A stretch of DNA of 64,000 bases from Eledone cirrhosa (GCA_964016885.1 OZ024741.1:286254001-286318000), one strand, 5' to 3'; shown: positions 25,324 through 39,477, counted from the first letter of the stretch. Notes: generated by a model not told the origin, from the letters alone. Made by a program: numbers and translations.

Positions 25324-28272
25324 AGGTTTTTTTACAAAATGTAAAAAGACGAGATGACCAACACAAGAGAAAGTATAAAGAAAAAAGATGAAATCGAAAA
25401 TGCAACTGGAGTCTTTTTTAAATATTTATTTGGTTCCTTTACCGGTTTCGCAATTATTGTGCTTTTCAAAAGTAGAATTGAGATGGAGGGTTTATGGTTT
25501 TTCTCGCATCTGGTTGGTGTTTGAACGTTACTTCTGTTTTATATGGAAAAAAGTGGCTCGAAATGCTAGGTTTTTAGAAAAGTAATTTGGTTGGTTGATG
25601 ACTGTCATGTGAATAATTATAATATATTTCGCGACAGTTCTTATTATATTTGCCAGTTCTTATTATATTTGCCTTTTAAAAAGGTGTGTGTGGGGGGGGG
25701 GGGGGGGTTCGCTCACATTGTTTTTTCATATATAAGTGAAATTTGGTTGGGTGATGCAGTCACGTGAATAAGCACATCAACTTTCGCGCATATTTGTCTT
25801 TGAATTTCTTTTTACTTAAAAATAGTGGCTCAAGAAGGTTTTTTTTTATAAATGTAATTTGATTGGTTATAAATGAAATTATGACTGTCACGTGATCAAG
25901 TACATTAAAATTCGCGGCCGTATTTGGGAATTTTTTTTGTAGCCATTTAGAGAATTTTGTGCCAAATAAAAGGTAATGGTCAAGAAAAAAGGGATGGGGA
26001 GAATTGTTCTGATTCAGTGAGTATGGCTGATGTGCTGAAATGTAATTTGATTGGTTATAAATGAAATTATGACTGATCAAGTACATTAAAATTCGCGCCT
26101 GTATTTGGGAATTTTTTTTTTTTTTGTAGCCATTTAGAAAATGTTGTGCCAAATAAAAGATAATGGTCAAGAAAAAAGGGAATGGGGAGAATTGTTCTGG
26201 TTCAGTGAGTATGGCTGATGTGCTGGGGTGTCAAACTTCAAATTTCTATTGAAATAAAGAAAGTAGAGATATGTATTATTATTTGTGTGCTGGTGTGTGT
26301 ATGTGTGTAGGAAGATGGTTCTATTAGTAGAGGTGGGGGAGGGAGTTATGTGTGTGTGTGTATGTGTGTGGGGGAGTATGGTTAGCATGTTAAAATGGAG
26401 AGAATATATATTTGTGTGTGTGTGTGTAGGAAAATGATTCCCTTAGTAGAATGGGGGAGGGAGTTATGTGTGAGTGGGGGGGTATGGTTAGCATGTTATG
26501 GCGTTAACATAATGTATATTAAACTATATTTAATGCTGGTCTATATTTTTGAATAAACATATTTTCCTTATTTATTCGTATTTGGTTCTGTTGTATTGTC
26601 AGCGCATAGATAAATTGGGAAGACTTGGAATTTGGGTGTCTTATCACTTGCGCATAAGTCTAGATGTGCACTGAGTGGTATCTGTCTTGTGGTACGGTCT
26701 CGTAATTGTTGGCGATGAATTGTCATTCTGTTTCTGAGTGTGGGTTTAGTTTGTCCTATATAATCTTCATTGCATCCTTTACATTTAATGGCATAAAGTA
26801 AATTTTTTGATGAGCAAGTGAAGTGATTTTTTACAACAAAATGTTGTCCTGATTGAAATGTATATATGTTGCCTTCGATGAAGTGAGTACAGGTTCCACA
26901 ATTAGAGCAACAACATTCTTTGACAGTTGGTTGTGGGTTTGTGGTAGGTAATTTGCCATTGGTGAGTAATGTTTTTAGTGATTTCGGTTGTCTTTTGCTT
27001 TTGATTATTTTGTGTGTTTCAAGGGTTTTTTTCATTCTTGGGTCTTGTTTCAATAGTGGGATGTTCTTGTGAATAATGTTGTAAGCTTCCGCATTTCTTG
27101 GGTTGTGTGTTGAGATATATGATAGAATATTGGACGTACCTTGAATTTGCTTCTGTTTTCATAATTCATGAATGCCTATTGCTTTAGCCCTTTCTATTCC
27201 ATTATGTATTAGTAATGGTGGGTACTGTCTTTCGAGCAGAATTTCCTTTAATTCTTGAACTCTTTTATTTCGCGTTTTCTAATTGGAGACAATTGTGCAA
27301 ATTCTTCTTGCTAGGTTAAAAGGGATGTTCGTCTTCGTGTGCTTTGGATGGTTGGAAGTGAATAGCAAGTATTGTTTGGAATCTGTTGGTTTGTAGTGTA
27401 TGTCAGTTTCAATATTTGTGTCTTTTTTATGATTAAGATGTCCAGAAATGGGAGTTGATCTTGGCTGTATTCCATTGTGAATTGGATGTGGTTATTGCTG
27501 CCGTTAATTAAATTTTTGAAATCATTTAGTTGGTCGAGTGTGTGAGACCAAAGAATAAGACAAACATCCAAGTAGCGTTTCCAATTTTTTTATAAATATT
27601 CGTATTTTGATTTGGAGTGTTCATATATCTGGACTTTCAGATATGCCATGACTAAGTTAGTATAAGTTGGAGCGACTTTTGTACCCATCGCAGTCCCCGA
27701 TATTTGTTTGTAAGTAATGCCATCGAAATCAAAAAGGTTGTTCTGTAAAATAAATTTTAATCCCTCGGTGATGAAGCTTTTTTCTATTCTGTCAGGTATC
27801 TCATTGGGATATTTCTCTAGCCAGAATCCTATTGCTTCTAGTCCGTATTGATGTGGGATCGTTGTGTAGAGATTCACTACATCGAAAGACACAATAATAG
27901 TGTCGTTGTTGACGTGTTTGGGGAGGTCCAGATCCTCTCTTACAAGGCTTGGTATGTGTTTGACAATTGGTTTTAGTAGTATATCTATAAAGTTGCTTAG
28001 TCTGTGTGTTTCACATTGTGTGCCCGCTACAATTGGTCTTAATTTAAGGTCAGTGAGGTATTGTGTGTTTACGCAGGTTGAGGAGGATTCTTTACAGGCA
28101 TCGTTAATTATTTTACATTCGTGGATCTTCGGAAGTCCATAAGGGTTGCTGGTTTTGTATTCAAAATGTGTTAAATAATCGCGTTTTTTTAGTTAAGTCT
28201 TCCTGGTATCGACAAATGAATGTGTTTAATCTGGTCATTTTGATTGCTGGTAGTTTTTTACTCTTTCATAGT
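25315..28272 (-). mobile_element. Decayed Penelope-like element (RT, GIY-YIG and 3' UTR)
   Basis: Motifs YGLPKIHE, LRPIVAG, SFDVVNLYTTIPH, YKQISGTAMGTKVAPTYTNL, KRYLD, LPFLDI and NLLYAIKCKGCNEDYIGQT, spread across frameshifted ORFs 26568-27892. Confidence 0.85.
25434..25475 (-). ncRNA. Degenerate minimal hammerhead at the PLE 3' end
   Basis: Minus strand reads CTT-TTGAAAA-GCA-CAATAAT-TGC-GAAAC-CG-GTA^AAG. Stem III is the palindrome ACCGGT, with two core substitutions. Confidence 0.5.
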
Positions 28273-29095
28273 AGTTAGTGTGCAGAGAAACCTACGTCGG
28301 ACAGACTGGACGTCGCCTGGCGGATCGGTTCACGGAGCACCTCCGCGATATTCGTCTCGACGGGAGTTCCCCCATCGCCCGCCACTTTGGCTCCCTTGGA
28401 CACTCCGCCCTCCACCTCACAGTTTGTGGCCTGATCCAATGCCATGGAACACCTGCCACCCGCCTCACGGTCGAACAACACACGATCTTCACCCTACAGA
28501 TACACACACCACCCGGCCTGAACTCCCCACCCTATTCCTTTAGCCTTCGATACCCCCCCCCCCCACATCCCCCACTAACACTACTAACACACTGCTCAGT
28601 TTCGCCGCCCCCACCCACTTGGCCGACCCCACAACTAATAATACTAACATATACACATTAGGAACATATACACGAACAAACACATTATTTTCGAACCACG
28701 CCACCTACATCCACACCACATATAAACACAAATACAACGTGCGTATCCCCACATACACACACTCAGCCTCCGGACTCCACATGCCCCTCCTCCCTCCATC
28801 CACACGCACACACACGCACACACACCGACTTACACTCCACCCCACGTACACACCGGTTTCCCTTTTACCTGAACATGGAACCTCGTTCTTCCCCCGACTC
28901 TCACATTCACATACACACACGCACGTACACCTACACCCATACACAAACACCACCTTCAGCCCTCCCCGCTCGGAACCCCCGCCCCTCTCCCTTCTCCAGC
29001 GTCCCCCACCCCTCGCTCTCAAGCGTGAAACTAAAAACCATATCATTTGTACTGACTCTCATTTGTAGTGTTTTTTTTCTCTGTTCACTTATTCA
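28273..29095 (+). mobile_element. PLE 3' fragment of the same family as 2322-5892, opposite strand
   Basis: Reads CRETYVGQTGRRLADRFTEHLRDIR...GLN. Nucleotides match the reverse complement of 3950-4213 and 2690-2925. It is fused back-to-back with the preceding PLE. Confidence 0.85.
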
Positions 29096-29097
29096 AC

Positions 29098-29153
<56 letters not shown>

Positions 29154-29159
29154 TATAAG

Positions 29160-29815
29160 TAGAAGGGATATTTAATTTGTTGGAAATACAACAAATATAA
29201 ATGTTTATAACTGATTATAACTGATGTTTATAACGACAGATTTCTGGAGTAAATATTCAATGATATTAAATAAATGAAAACTATATTTATAAAACCATAT
29301 TTATTCTATTATATATATTTCAAGGGTACCAAAAGAAAATGACTACCCAAGAAAATTCAACTGATAAGGTATGATTTCCTTGGCTATGTCAAAATTTATA
29401 AAACACTCTTTGTAATTTACCTGATAAAATCGTACCGAAGTTTTTTGGTACCCTTGAAATATATATAATAGAATAAATATGGTTTCATAAATATAGTTTC
29501 CATTTATTTAATATCATTGTATATATATATATATATATATATAAACACACGCAATGTTAGCTCCGGTAGTGTATATATATATATCAATGATATTAATTAT
29601 TGGAAACTATCTTTATAAAACCATATTTATTTTATTATATATATTTCAAGGGTACCAAAAATTTTGCTACGCACTCATCAGATAAAATACAAAAGTTGTT
29701 TTATAAATATTGACATATCCAGAAAACAAGAACTTATCGTTTTAAGTTCAGTTTGGATAGAGTGCTTTGAATCTGTTATAAATAAATTTGTTGAATAACC
29801 AACAAATTAAATATC
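29160..29815. mobile_element. Family D hammerhead mini-elements in inverted arrangement
   Basis: ~80-bp inverted arms at 29257-29334 and 29443-29519. A plus hammerhead at 29415-29475 has core CTGATAA. A minus hammerhead at ~29630-29690 reads TTTTAT-CTGATGA...CTT-GAAA-TATATA-TA^ATAAAA. Related to 56390-56755. Confidence 0.7.
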
Positions 29816-29850
29816 TATTTGCTTATATATATATATATATATATATATAT

Positions 29851-29954
29851 AACGAAGGAAGTGTGGTAAGGAACCAGATGGACGCACCAGTATACTGAGT
29901 CCAGAAATAGCCGTCGAAACGGCTTGAGCTCTGCCGTCGGGGTCAAACATTTTC

Positions 29955-29957
<3 letters not shown>
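29851..29957. mobile_element. Family C mini-element (107 bp) between (TA)n tracts
   Basis: Starts like 22541 (AACGAAGGAA.TGTGGTAAGGAA), then switches strand to GTC-GAAAC-GGC-TTGAGCTCT-GCCGTC^GGGGTC. Confidence 0.75.
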
Positions 29958-30004
<47 letters not shown>

Positions 30005-30791
30005 TATCGGAACTAAAGTTGAGAAAGTCATATTCGATGTAGTCACATCTTCACATTTAACTCAAAACGTTTAGTCTGGCACTACTGCTTTCTTTCAATA
30101 AACTGACCTTCTTGTTAAAATATCAATGCAAATAAAACTATTCTTGCTACATTTGTTTAACGAGTTTCGGAAGAAACCCCTCTTCTACCAGTAAATGCTT
30201 TCCGGTATTTGGCTCAGTTCCTTTGCCAATTTAAATGTGATAATTTTCAAAGAGAAACACTACCACGAAGATAGACACTCTAACAATGAGATTTGGCGCG
30301 GCCTTCATACTCATTGATTTTATTTTATTTTATATTATTTTATTAAATATCTCTCAGTTTATGTCTTTATCTTGAATTAAACTGATTTTTATATGCGGGG
30401 AAAATAGAAATTATGATATTAATATAAGTGTAACCTACATGAACTGAATAGCTGATAGATAGACTTAGTAGAGGAATAAGAGAACAAATAACTATTTCTT
30501 TCTTTCTTTTTTTTTCAGAATTGTTTCCTAAGTAAGTCATACGATGGGGAAAATATCTGGCGAAAAGCCGCCAAATTTAACAATAAAGTTATTTTGTTAG
30601 CTTGCCTTATTTAAGCTTTGATATGTTATGCTATAAAATATTTATTATATAGTTTGGTGAATTTATGGGTTATAGGTTAGACAACAGTTAGGTTTCAATG
30701 AAGTAATATATTTTCTCGGTGTACAAGTAGTTTGTATTGTTTAAACATATATTTTGTTTCAGATTTATCTTGATCTAGATTCTTTCTGATG

Positions 30792-30872
<81 letters not shown>

Positions 30873-30875
30873 TTT

Positions 30876-30947
<72 letters not shown>

Positions 30948-30957
30948 TTTTATATAC

Positions 30958-31035
<78 letters not shown>

Positions 31036-31053
31036 TATATATATAGATATAGG

Positions 31054-31155
<102 letters not shown>

Positions 31156-32075
31156 GACACGCAGTGACTAACAACAGAATCTTTTAAGCCTGCGTGTCTG
31201 ACATATATGCGTTTGCTTGTGAATAAAAAATTCAAGGGGTTTCGCTGGCCGTGGTGATCCCTGCCAAAGATCTTTTGTAATGTATCGTCTTATTGGGTAA
31301 TCAACCAATGAGAGTAATTGTTGCTCAAAAGCATCCGCCACTTTGCACGTTTATTTATCGTTTCGCTTTCGAATCTTCCTCCTGTATTTCGTCGTTTCTC
31401 ATCAAAATATTTTTCTCGTTTTGGTAAGTTATATTGTTAATTTATATATGATTTTTTAAATTTATATTAACTATTTTTTTTTCAGTTCCTGCTTATAATA
31501 TTGGTTATATCATATTTACTTGTATATTTGTTCATATTATTGTTCGTTTTATGTTAGATTATTTTATTATTATTATTATGTTAGATTATCTTTTTATTAT
31601 TATGTTAGACTATTTGTATGTAATATTTAATTTTTATTAATTCAACTATAACAATTATTATGTAAAATATATTTATTTAATATTGATTGTTTTTTGTAGT
31701 TGTTTATATTAAAAGTCTGAAAATATTTTTATACATCTTACAATAATATTTATAAGATCATTTATAAAATAACAATTATATAATCTAATTACATTACAAC
31801 GATAATTTATTATTAATATATATCATGTTTAACTAGAGTTATTACAAGCGTTGCCTTAAAAAATTATTAAACTAGACCTGAAAAATGCGCAAGCTCAAAA
31901 GAGCCACAGAATGTTATAATAAACCTTCATAAGTGTGGGACTAGAGTTGTTGCTCAAAAATATTGTAATCATTATCTATCCTACACTATGTGGCATCCTT
32001 TTATTTAAAAAATGTGGAACAAAGGGAAAGAAAAATCTTTTGGCCCTCATGCATCGAACACAACGAGAGAGTCCA

Positions 32076-32144
<69 letters not shown>

Positions 32145-32454
32145 ATACATTAACAGAGAAAGCTTTAAGCAATACTCCGACCGGCTTCCGTCTCACTCAA
32201 CAAACATTAGGATATACCTTAGTATAATCCCAATTATACGTTTGGGTGCTAACTATACGTATTTTGCGGATAGCCAGTTGTATTATTTTATATGAGACAT
32301 AATTAAAATTCATCTCTCTTTCCAAACGATCGTTTCATTATAAGTTTTCTACAAATTGGGAAAATAATGTCCAGGTTATGTAGAAGCCTACACATAGTCC
32401 GTAGGAATATATGTAGGTGGGCACTTATAAATCATCAGTGGATGCCCGACAAAT

Positions 32455-32526
<72 letters not shown>

Positions 32527-32734
32527 GGTGGACTCACATTTTAGTGTTTGCGCCTTCTGTGAAACACTAAACGTGCGTTGACCACATCCTTCACACACAA
32601 ATCGTTGAACAGAAACTGCATTCTTTTCACCTATATAATCTAGGTGCTCAATCCCTGTGTTGACATGTCTCCTGATGCCATTTTGACAGATTTTCCTCTA
32701 GTATACTGCCATGTAGTAATAATTGTTCTACTTT

Positions 32735-33385
32735 TAGCACTAGGCCAACAATTTGGGGAAAGTGGAAAGTCGATTAAATTGCCCCAGTACCTTACTGGCA
32801 CTAGATTTTATCGAACCCGTAAGGATGAAAAACAAAGATGAGCTTTGCAGGATTTGAACTCAGATCGTAAGGTGACGTGAATATATGCCGCAAAGCCTTT
32901 TATCCGACACACTATCAATACTGCCACTCCACCCACCACCCTAAGTACTGTAGCAATTAATTAGCACAAGGTGAGTAATTTGAAGGGAAAGAGAAATTCG
33001 ATTAAATCGTGTTATATTTTATCGACCACGTAAAGATAAAAGGCAAAACTATTCTCAGAGGGATTTGAACTCAGAACGCAAAAGTCCGTAACTATATGCC
33101 ACAAAGCATGTTGTCCTACGCTCTATCAATAATGCCTATCAAATGTCCTAAATACTGTAGTAATAACTATTTCTAATTTAGGCAAAATGTGAGTACTTGG
33201 GGGAGGGGATAGTCGACTACATCGACCCCACCTCCACACCACTGCTTGAGTAATACATATTTTATCGATGAAATACAAAAATTGACTTCGGCAACAATTG
33301 AACTTAGAAAGTAAAGAGCCGGAACAAATATCTAAAGGAATTATAGGTATTTTTCCGACGCTCTGACGGTATTGCCAGTTCAGCA
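32735..33385 (-). mobile_element. Three tandem SINE copies
   Basis: Reverse-complement SINE motifs TTTTATCGA..AAGGATGAAA and GGATTTGAACTCAGA are repeated three times. Confidence 0.7.
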
Positions 33386-33849
33386 ATCTTCGCTTTCTGC
33401 AGTAAGAAGAATATTGAGAAGTAACAAATACAATGATATAAAGAAATAGAACAACTACAAGAACAAGAATTATAAATATGAAATTGTATTAAATTCGAAA
33501 TTAACATGCAAAATGTGTCCGAGTATTGATTAGTAGCCGTTCCCATTCATCAATTCCTTGAAATGAAAAAATAAGTAACAAGAAAAATGTTGGTTCGATC
33601 TCATGAGAAGTAAAAAATAAATTTCGTGAAACAACACTATCTAAGCTACCAGTGGTGTATGTAATTCGCTTTTATTTTAATATCGTAATTCAGTATGTGT
33701 GGTTAGTCTTGAATATACTGTTTAGATTTCGATTTTATATCAAACACCAACCTACATCTCAATATTAAAAAAAGGAAAATCATTTTCAAATATGTTTACA
33801 GTTAGTTTCTAAAAACATTAGAAAAACAATATATATTTTTCAAATTTAA

Positions 33850-33894
<45 letters not shown>

Positions 33895-33942
33895 GATACA
33901 CACATATATATATATATGTATGTGTATGTGTGTGTGTGTGAG

Positions 33943-33973
<31 letters not shown>

Positions 33974-35248
33974 GGGGGGGTTATATCGATAATTTGTCAA
34001 TGGTTCGTTATATTGATTCCAAGAGAATAGTCTGCGTTTTCTCAATTTACTATACTTTAGTATTAAAAAAAACATTGCTTTTGAAGGCATTATGAAACAG
34101 AAAATAAATTAAAAAAACAACATATGATTAGTCTTTAATATTCGACTTTTCATTGTACGTTCCAAAGATATGCTTAAGTTACTGATGTAAATTCAGAAGA
34201 TTTATTATTTGTATTATCTAACATTTTATATGAAATGAAACCAAGTGTAATTTCTTCCAACATTTTATAAATCGATTTATCAGAATACAGTCTAACTGAT
34301 TACCTAGATCAAACATTTTAACTTTCTCCCACATTCGCTTCCAACCGTTTTAATTCACACGCTGAATATAGATTAGCGTATTGTTCTAAATATCTGAGCT
34401 GACAATTTAGAAACACAGAATCGTTAATGTCTCGATCAACCTGGTTAGAATTCAAATGGCTGAAATAATTTAATATGTCGAAGGACCATGGATAATTTAC
34501 AGTAGTCCTTCGTCACCTAATAATTAATCTTGTGTTTTTTATCCTTCTTTGTATTATCTGGTTGTAGAACAACCCCTGGTGAGGTCCTTAATACGTGCCA
34601 TGTCCTTATCACGCAATCGTGTCGTTTATAATCAATTCTGAGAGAGGGGGAGAAGTGACTGAAAGTGAGAAAGAAAGAAAGAAAGAAAGAACAAATCTCG
34701 TTCCAGTAGTTGACTGGTATTTTAAATATCGTCGGTGAATTGGAAGAATAGACAATTGGAGAAAATGTGGCGCTATTTATTCCGGTTTAGTTCCTTTTGA
34801 GTTCAAATTTACTCGAAGTAAACTTTGCCTTAAATATTTCCTGGATTGATATAAAAGCAGGTATCGGCTGAGTGGTCAGAGTGTCGGACTAAATGCCTCG
34901 TGGTTTCTTCCCGCAAATAGCTGTAAAAATATTGTGAACTATGCTATCTTACGCTCTAACAACACTGTTATTTCCCCGCTAGTATCACAATAAACATAAT
35001 ACAGTCGTGTTAGCAAAGGAGTCATTGAAAGTGTACAAGGTAGATTACAGATAGTAGAGACACAATCCCGAAATCCCACATTAGAATCTTTAAAAGTGAA
35101 GGCGGCACACGTTAGATAGTGAACAAAAACGTGAAAGTTTTGGATTATATGTGTGCTTGATCAAGATTAAACAACAAGACTTTTTATGACTAAACGACCT
35201 GTTAGAAATAGTAAGCAACTCTCCCTCAAAATACATCTTACTAATTGA

Positions 35249-36360
35249 AAAACAGGGATGAACTAATGTACAATGTAGTCTTTGATACACTGATACATTG
35301 TGCTCGAAAAAAGGAAGAGATTATCATAGTTTGATTATACAGACGTGCCAACTTCTAAAAATCGAAACAGGGAATACTATGAAAAGAAGTACCCCAAAAT
35401 GGGGAGAAATGAGGAAAAATGAGGAGATTTTATATAATGAAAGCTATAACTATTTTCACAAAAACGAAGAGAAATGAGCCAAAACGGGGACTATCTCCCT
35501 GTTGGACGGGGAGAGTTGACAGATCTGGATTATAGGTTTGTTATATGAAGGCTGACCAAAAGAAAACAAACGGAGTACTGTCGAATTAACAAGTGTTTAA
35601 TTAGTGCAGAGTTCCTTTCAACCTAGACGATTAAAGAAACACCATTAACGACATCCTACTTTGATTCTACCACCCCACATTTCAAAGAGAACTCAACAAT
35701 TAATAAATGTAGCTATGGAAGCGGAGTGCGGCTGATAGATACCAATCTTTTGGGTGTGTTTCGTTGTGAATATACACATGTCAATTAAATCATTTGAGCA
35801 TTTTAAAACAGGGATGAACTAATGTACAATGTAGTCTTTGATACACTGATACATTGTGCTCGAAAAAAGGAAGAGATTATCATAGTTTGATTATACAGAC
35901 GTGCCAACTTCTAAAAATCGAAACAGGGAATACTATGAAAAGAAGTACCCCAAAATGGGGAGAAATGAGGAAAAATGAGGAGATTTTATATAATGAAAGC
36001 TATAACTATTTTCACAAAAACGAAGAGAAATGAGCCAAAACGGGGACTATCTCCCTGTTGGACGGGGAGAGTTGACAGATCTGGATTATAGGTTTGTTAT
36101 ATGAAGGCTGACCAAAAGAAAACAAACGGAGTACTGTCGAATTAACAAGTGTTTAATTAGTGCAGAGTTCCTTTCAACCTAGACGATTAAAGAAACACCA
36201 TTAACGACATCCTACTTTGATTCTACCACCCCACATTTCAAAGAGAACTCAACAATTAATAAATGTAGCTATGGAAGCGGAGTGCGGCTGATAGATACCA
36301 ATCTTTTGGGTGTGTTTCGTTGTGAATATACACATGTCAATTAAATCATTTGAGCATTTT
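35249..36360. repeat. 556-bp apparently exact tandem duplication
   Basis: 35249-35804 equals 35805-36360 by visual comparison. Confidence 0.95.
35340..35527. mobile_element. 188-bp MITE with 7-bp TSD (duplicate at 35896-36083)
   Basis: TIRs CAGACGTGCCAACT and AGTTGACAGATCTG match at 11 of 14 positions. GATTATA flanks both ends. Confidence 0.65.
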
Positions 36361-36634
36361 ATCATTTTTAAAATTTAAGGATTTTCTCCTCATGGAGGAG
36401 TTGAGAAAGAATAGCGAGAAGAAATGTTCTTTCCAAGAATGTGGTTCGTGATGAAACAAACACCCATTCTTCGGTGATGCGATAATGCTAAATACACATA
36501 ATTACAACGTTTTTCTTCTTTGTTTGGGCATTTAAAACTTAGTGGAGTTCAAACCTCTCCATATCCGAATATAGAAATAGAGAGGGTGAGAGATAGAGGA
36601 AGAAAGAGAAGGGAGAAAGATATATAGAAGAAGA

Positions 36635-36792
36635 GTCGACTCCAGTGCTAGACTGAAACTTTATTTATCGATCTAGAAAGGATGAAAGGCAAAGTTAACC
36701 TGGTGGTATTTAATCACAGAGCACATACATCCCGAAGAAATACCACAAAACAATCTAACCGGCGTTCTAACGACTCTGCAACTTCACTACCC
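36635..36792 (-). mobile_element. SINE copy
   Basis: Sequence TTTATCGATCTAGAAAGGATGAAAGGCAAAGTTAACCT...CTAACGACTCTGC. Confidence 0.65.
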
Positions 36793-37217
36793 TTCTTTGA
36801 TAGGGCACGGAACGGAAATAAGGAAGAAAACGCGCAAATAATAAACAGAGAATGTCGGTATTTTCTACGAGTAATCCTTCGTAATGTATTAATTGGAGAT
36901 CGACCTATTCAGATCATGAAAGAAAAAAATGATTATTATATCAGTATTGGGCTTGGCAGCTGAGAAACGAAGCCGATTCATATATATGTTGTTGATTTTC
37001 TTTTTATATAGAAGAATCACAGAGAAGATTGACAAACAACGAGAGGTTGATAAAATGTGGGTGAAAACGAGGAACACAAAGAACAAAATTGTTGTCCAAC
37101 TGAAATGGGGTTCTGAATATACTGCTGTGATTCTAACGATCAAGAATTATACCCTTAAATGACGTCAAATCATATCTAACCAGTAGCTGTAAACTGTACT
37201 GGTTTAAAGGTTTAAAC

Positions 37218-37510
37218 CAGTCATGGGCAACCTGCGGCCCACGAAGCTTTCTGAATGGCTCGCCTAAGTCACCTAAGTGAAATCTTTCTGATTTTTTTAC
37301 CTCAACTTTTCAGTCGTAATTTATCTTTCTATCATTTTTACGATCGAGGAAAACAACGTGTACGAATTCTGAGGAAACAAATCAAAACAACCTGAGTTAC
37401 CGCCCTTTTTTTCTTAATTTGGGCACGAATGTAAATTAGCGTTTGCGGCCCGCCTGATGATGATCCATATCTCATATAGCCCGCTTCCCGAAAAAGGTTG
37501 CCCATGCCTG
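37218..37510. mobile_element. 293-bp hAT-type MITE
   Basis: TIRs CAGTCATGGGCAACCT and AGGTTGCCCATGCCTG, a perfect 8-bp TSD GTTTAAAC (37210-37217 and 37511-37518), and subterminal GCGGCCC motifs. Confidence 0.9.
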
Positions 37511-37714
37511 GTTTAAACTGATGATTTACCCCATTTAGATGTCCACATGCAGTTTGTCGGTTTTTCCTGTCAATGACGGCAGGAAAAGACAAAGAATTTA
37601 GCCCAGCCCATCACTCTTGTAAAAAGAAATTAATCAAATAAATTCTACATAAAAGACCTAATTAGTCTCGCTGTAAATTGAACTTATCTCATAAGCCTTA
37701 GAGAAAGAAAGATA

Positions 37715-37820
<106 letters not shown>

Positions 37821-37979
37821 CGGGAGAGGGATTTGAATGAAAAATGAGAGATTTCTTCCTGAAAGAGGGAGAGAGAGAGTATAAGCATAAAAGTTCTACT
37901 CCGTTCTCTTTTATCAGCATTGATACAACTCTCTGTGCAGATTGTACGTAATTATTATTTATATCATTGAGGGTGGTGG

Positions 37980-38150
37980 ATTGCCAGTATTGGTCGGACG
38001 CCATGCTTTGCAGCAAAGAGTTACGTTCCTTTATGGTCTGAGTTCAAATACCGCCGAGGTTAACATTGCCTTTCATCCTTACGGGGTCGATAAAATAAAG
38101 TAATACACTGGGGTAATTGCTGGCCTTGTGCCAAAAGTAGAAACAATTAT
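37980..38150 (+). mobile_element. SINE copy, close to 11021-11195
   Basis: Shares the central domain and the same short tail GGGTAATTGCTGGCCTTGTGCC. Confidence 0.75.
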
Positions 38151-39444
38151 TTATATCATTGAGGAAAGAGCGGAGGCAATCATAGAAAATAGATAATGTA
38201 TTTGTTGTATGATGTGTCACGTAATTGAATAATAAAACAAAATCACACATATGTCATGATGCACGAAGCCGTTTGACTAAAGTGTGGAAAAGGAGTTGGA
38301 AGATAGATCGTTTACAGGAGAGCATGCACAAGTTAAATGAGGCCAAAAACAGCTTTTAGAGACAATGATATATAGGCAAAACCATCAGCCTAATTTGGTG
38401 TTTTTACAATACGGATTTACAAACATGATGACTAGGTTGAAATCAATAATTTGTAAGATTCAATAATTTAATAGCAAAGAATTCGGCCAGAAAATATCAC
38501 ATTAATTTTCTAAAAGAACAATTTATTTTTATCGGTGCTCATACTCATATACTTTCGCAAGTATGGATGTTTATATTATTTTTGTATGAATGTGTTTTGT
38601 GAGTTTTTGTGAACGTCTGCATCTAAGGAGCTTGGTGCTGTGTACATAAAAACAACATACACACCACACAAATATATATATAAGAAACTTCATGGCTAGA
38701 ACAGCTGTTAAAACAGCTCAATACTGTCAATGACAGCGATGGAGAAAATGCCTGAGAGGACAGAGACCAGCGGCCAGTGGTTATCAGAGAGACAATCCAC
38801 AAAGTGGATGACAGGCAGTTGAAGTATAGAAAAGATTGAAAGAGAGGAAGACAGGGAGAAGTGTGTTGGCGCATAGAAGTGACAGGAAAAAGAAAATAAA
38901 GAAAGGTGATATACAAGTTTACACACATACACATCTCTACCGTCATCAGCTCTCAAACCAGCAAAATGGTTTCACACGATTTAATTGAGAGTACTATTTT
39001 ATAATGCTGGTTCGTACCACAGAGAAATAAATCTTTCTGTTGGTATGATGTGTGTGTGATAAAACAAATAGCACAGATTGATGCGACGAAAGAAAACAAA
39101 GAAAAGAAAATAATGGGGTGGTGAACCTCAAGCAGTCGTGTCTGCCCTAATTAGAAAGCTAATCATAACGATGATAAAGTTAAATGAAAAATAATGGTGT
39201 CTCTGATCGAGACGAAACGAGAGTCAATTTGACCACTGGTCGCTGGCCTCTGTTCTCTGAGGCATGTTGCCCATCGCTGTCATTGACAGCATTTAGCTGT
39301 TTTGACGGTTGCTCTAACGATGGGTTTCTCATTTTCATATGTATTCAAATACAATATATTTATATATATAAATCAAAGGAAAGATATTGTCTAGCCATAT
39401 GTGTCGTGTGTGTGCGTGCGCATGTGTGGCGGGGTGAGTACACA

Positions 39445-39477
<33 letters not shown>

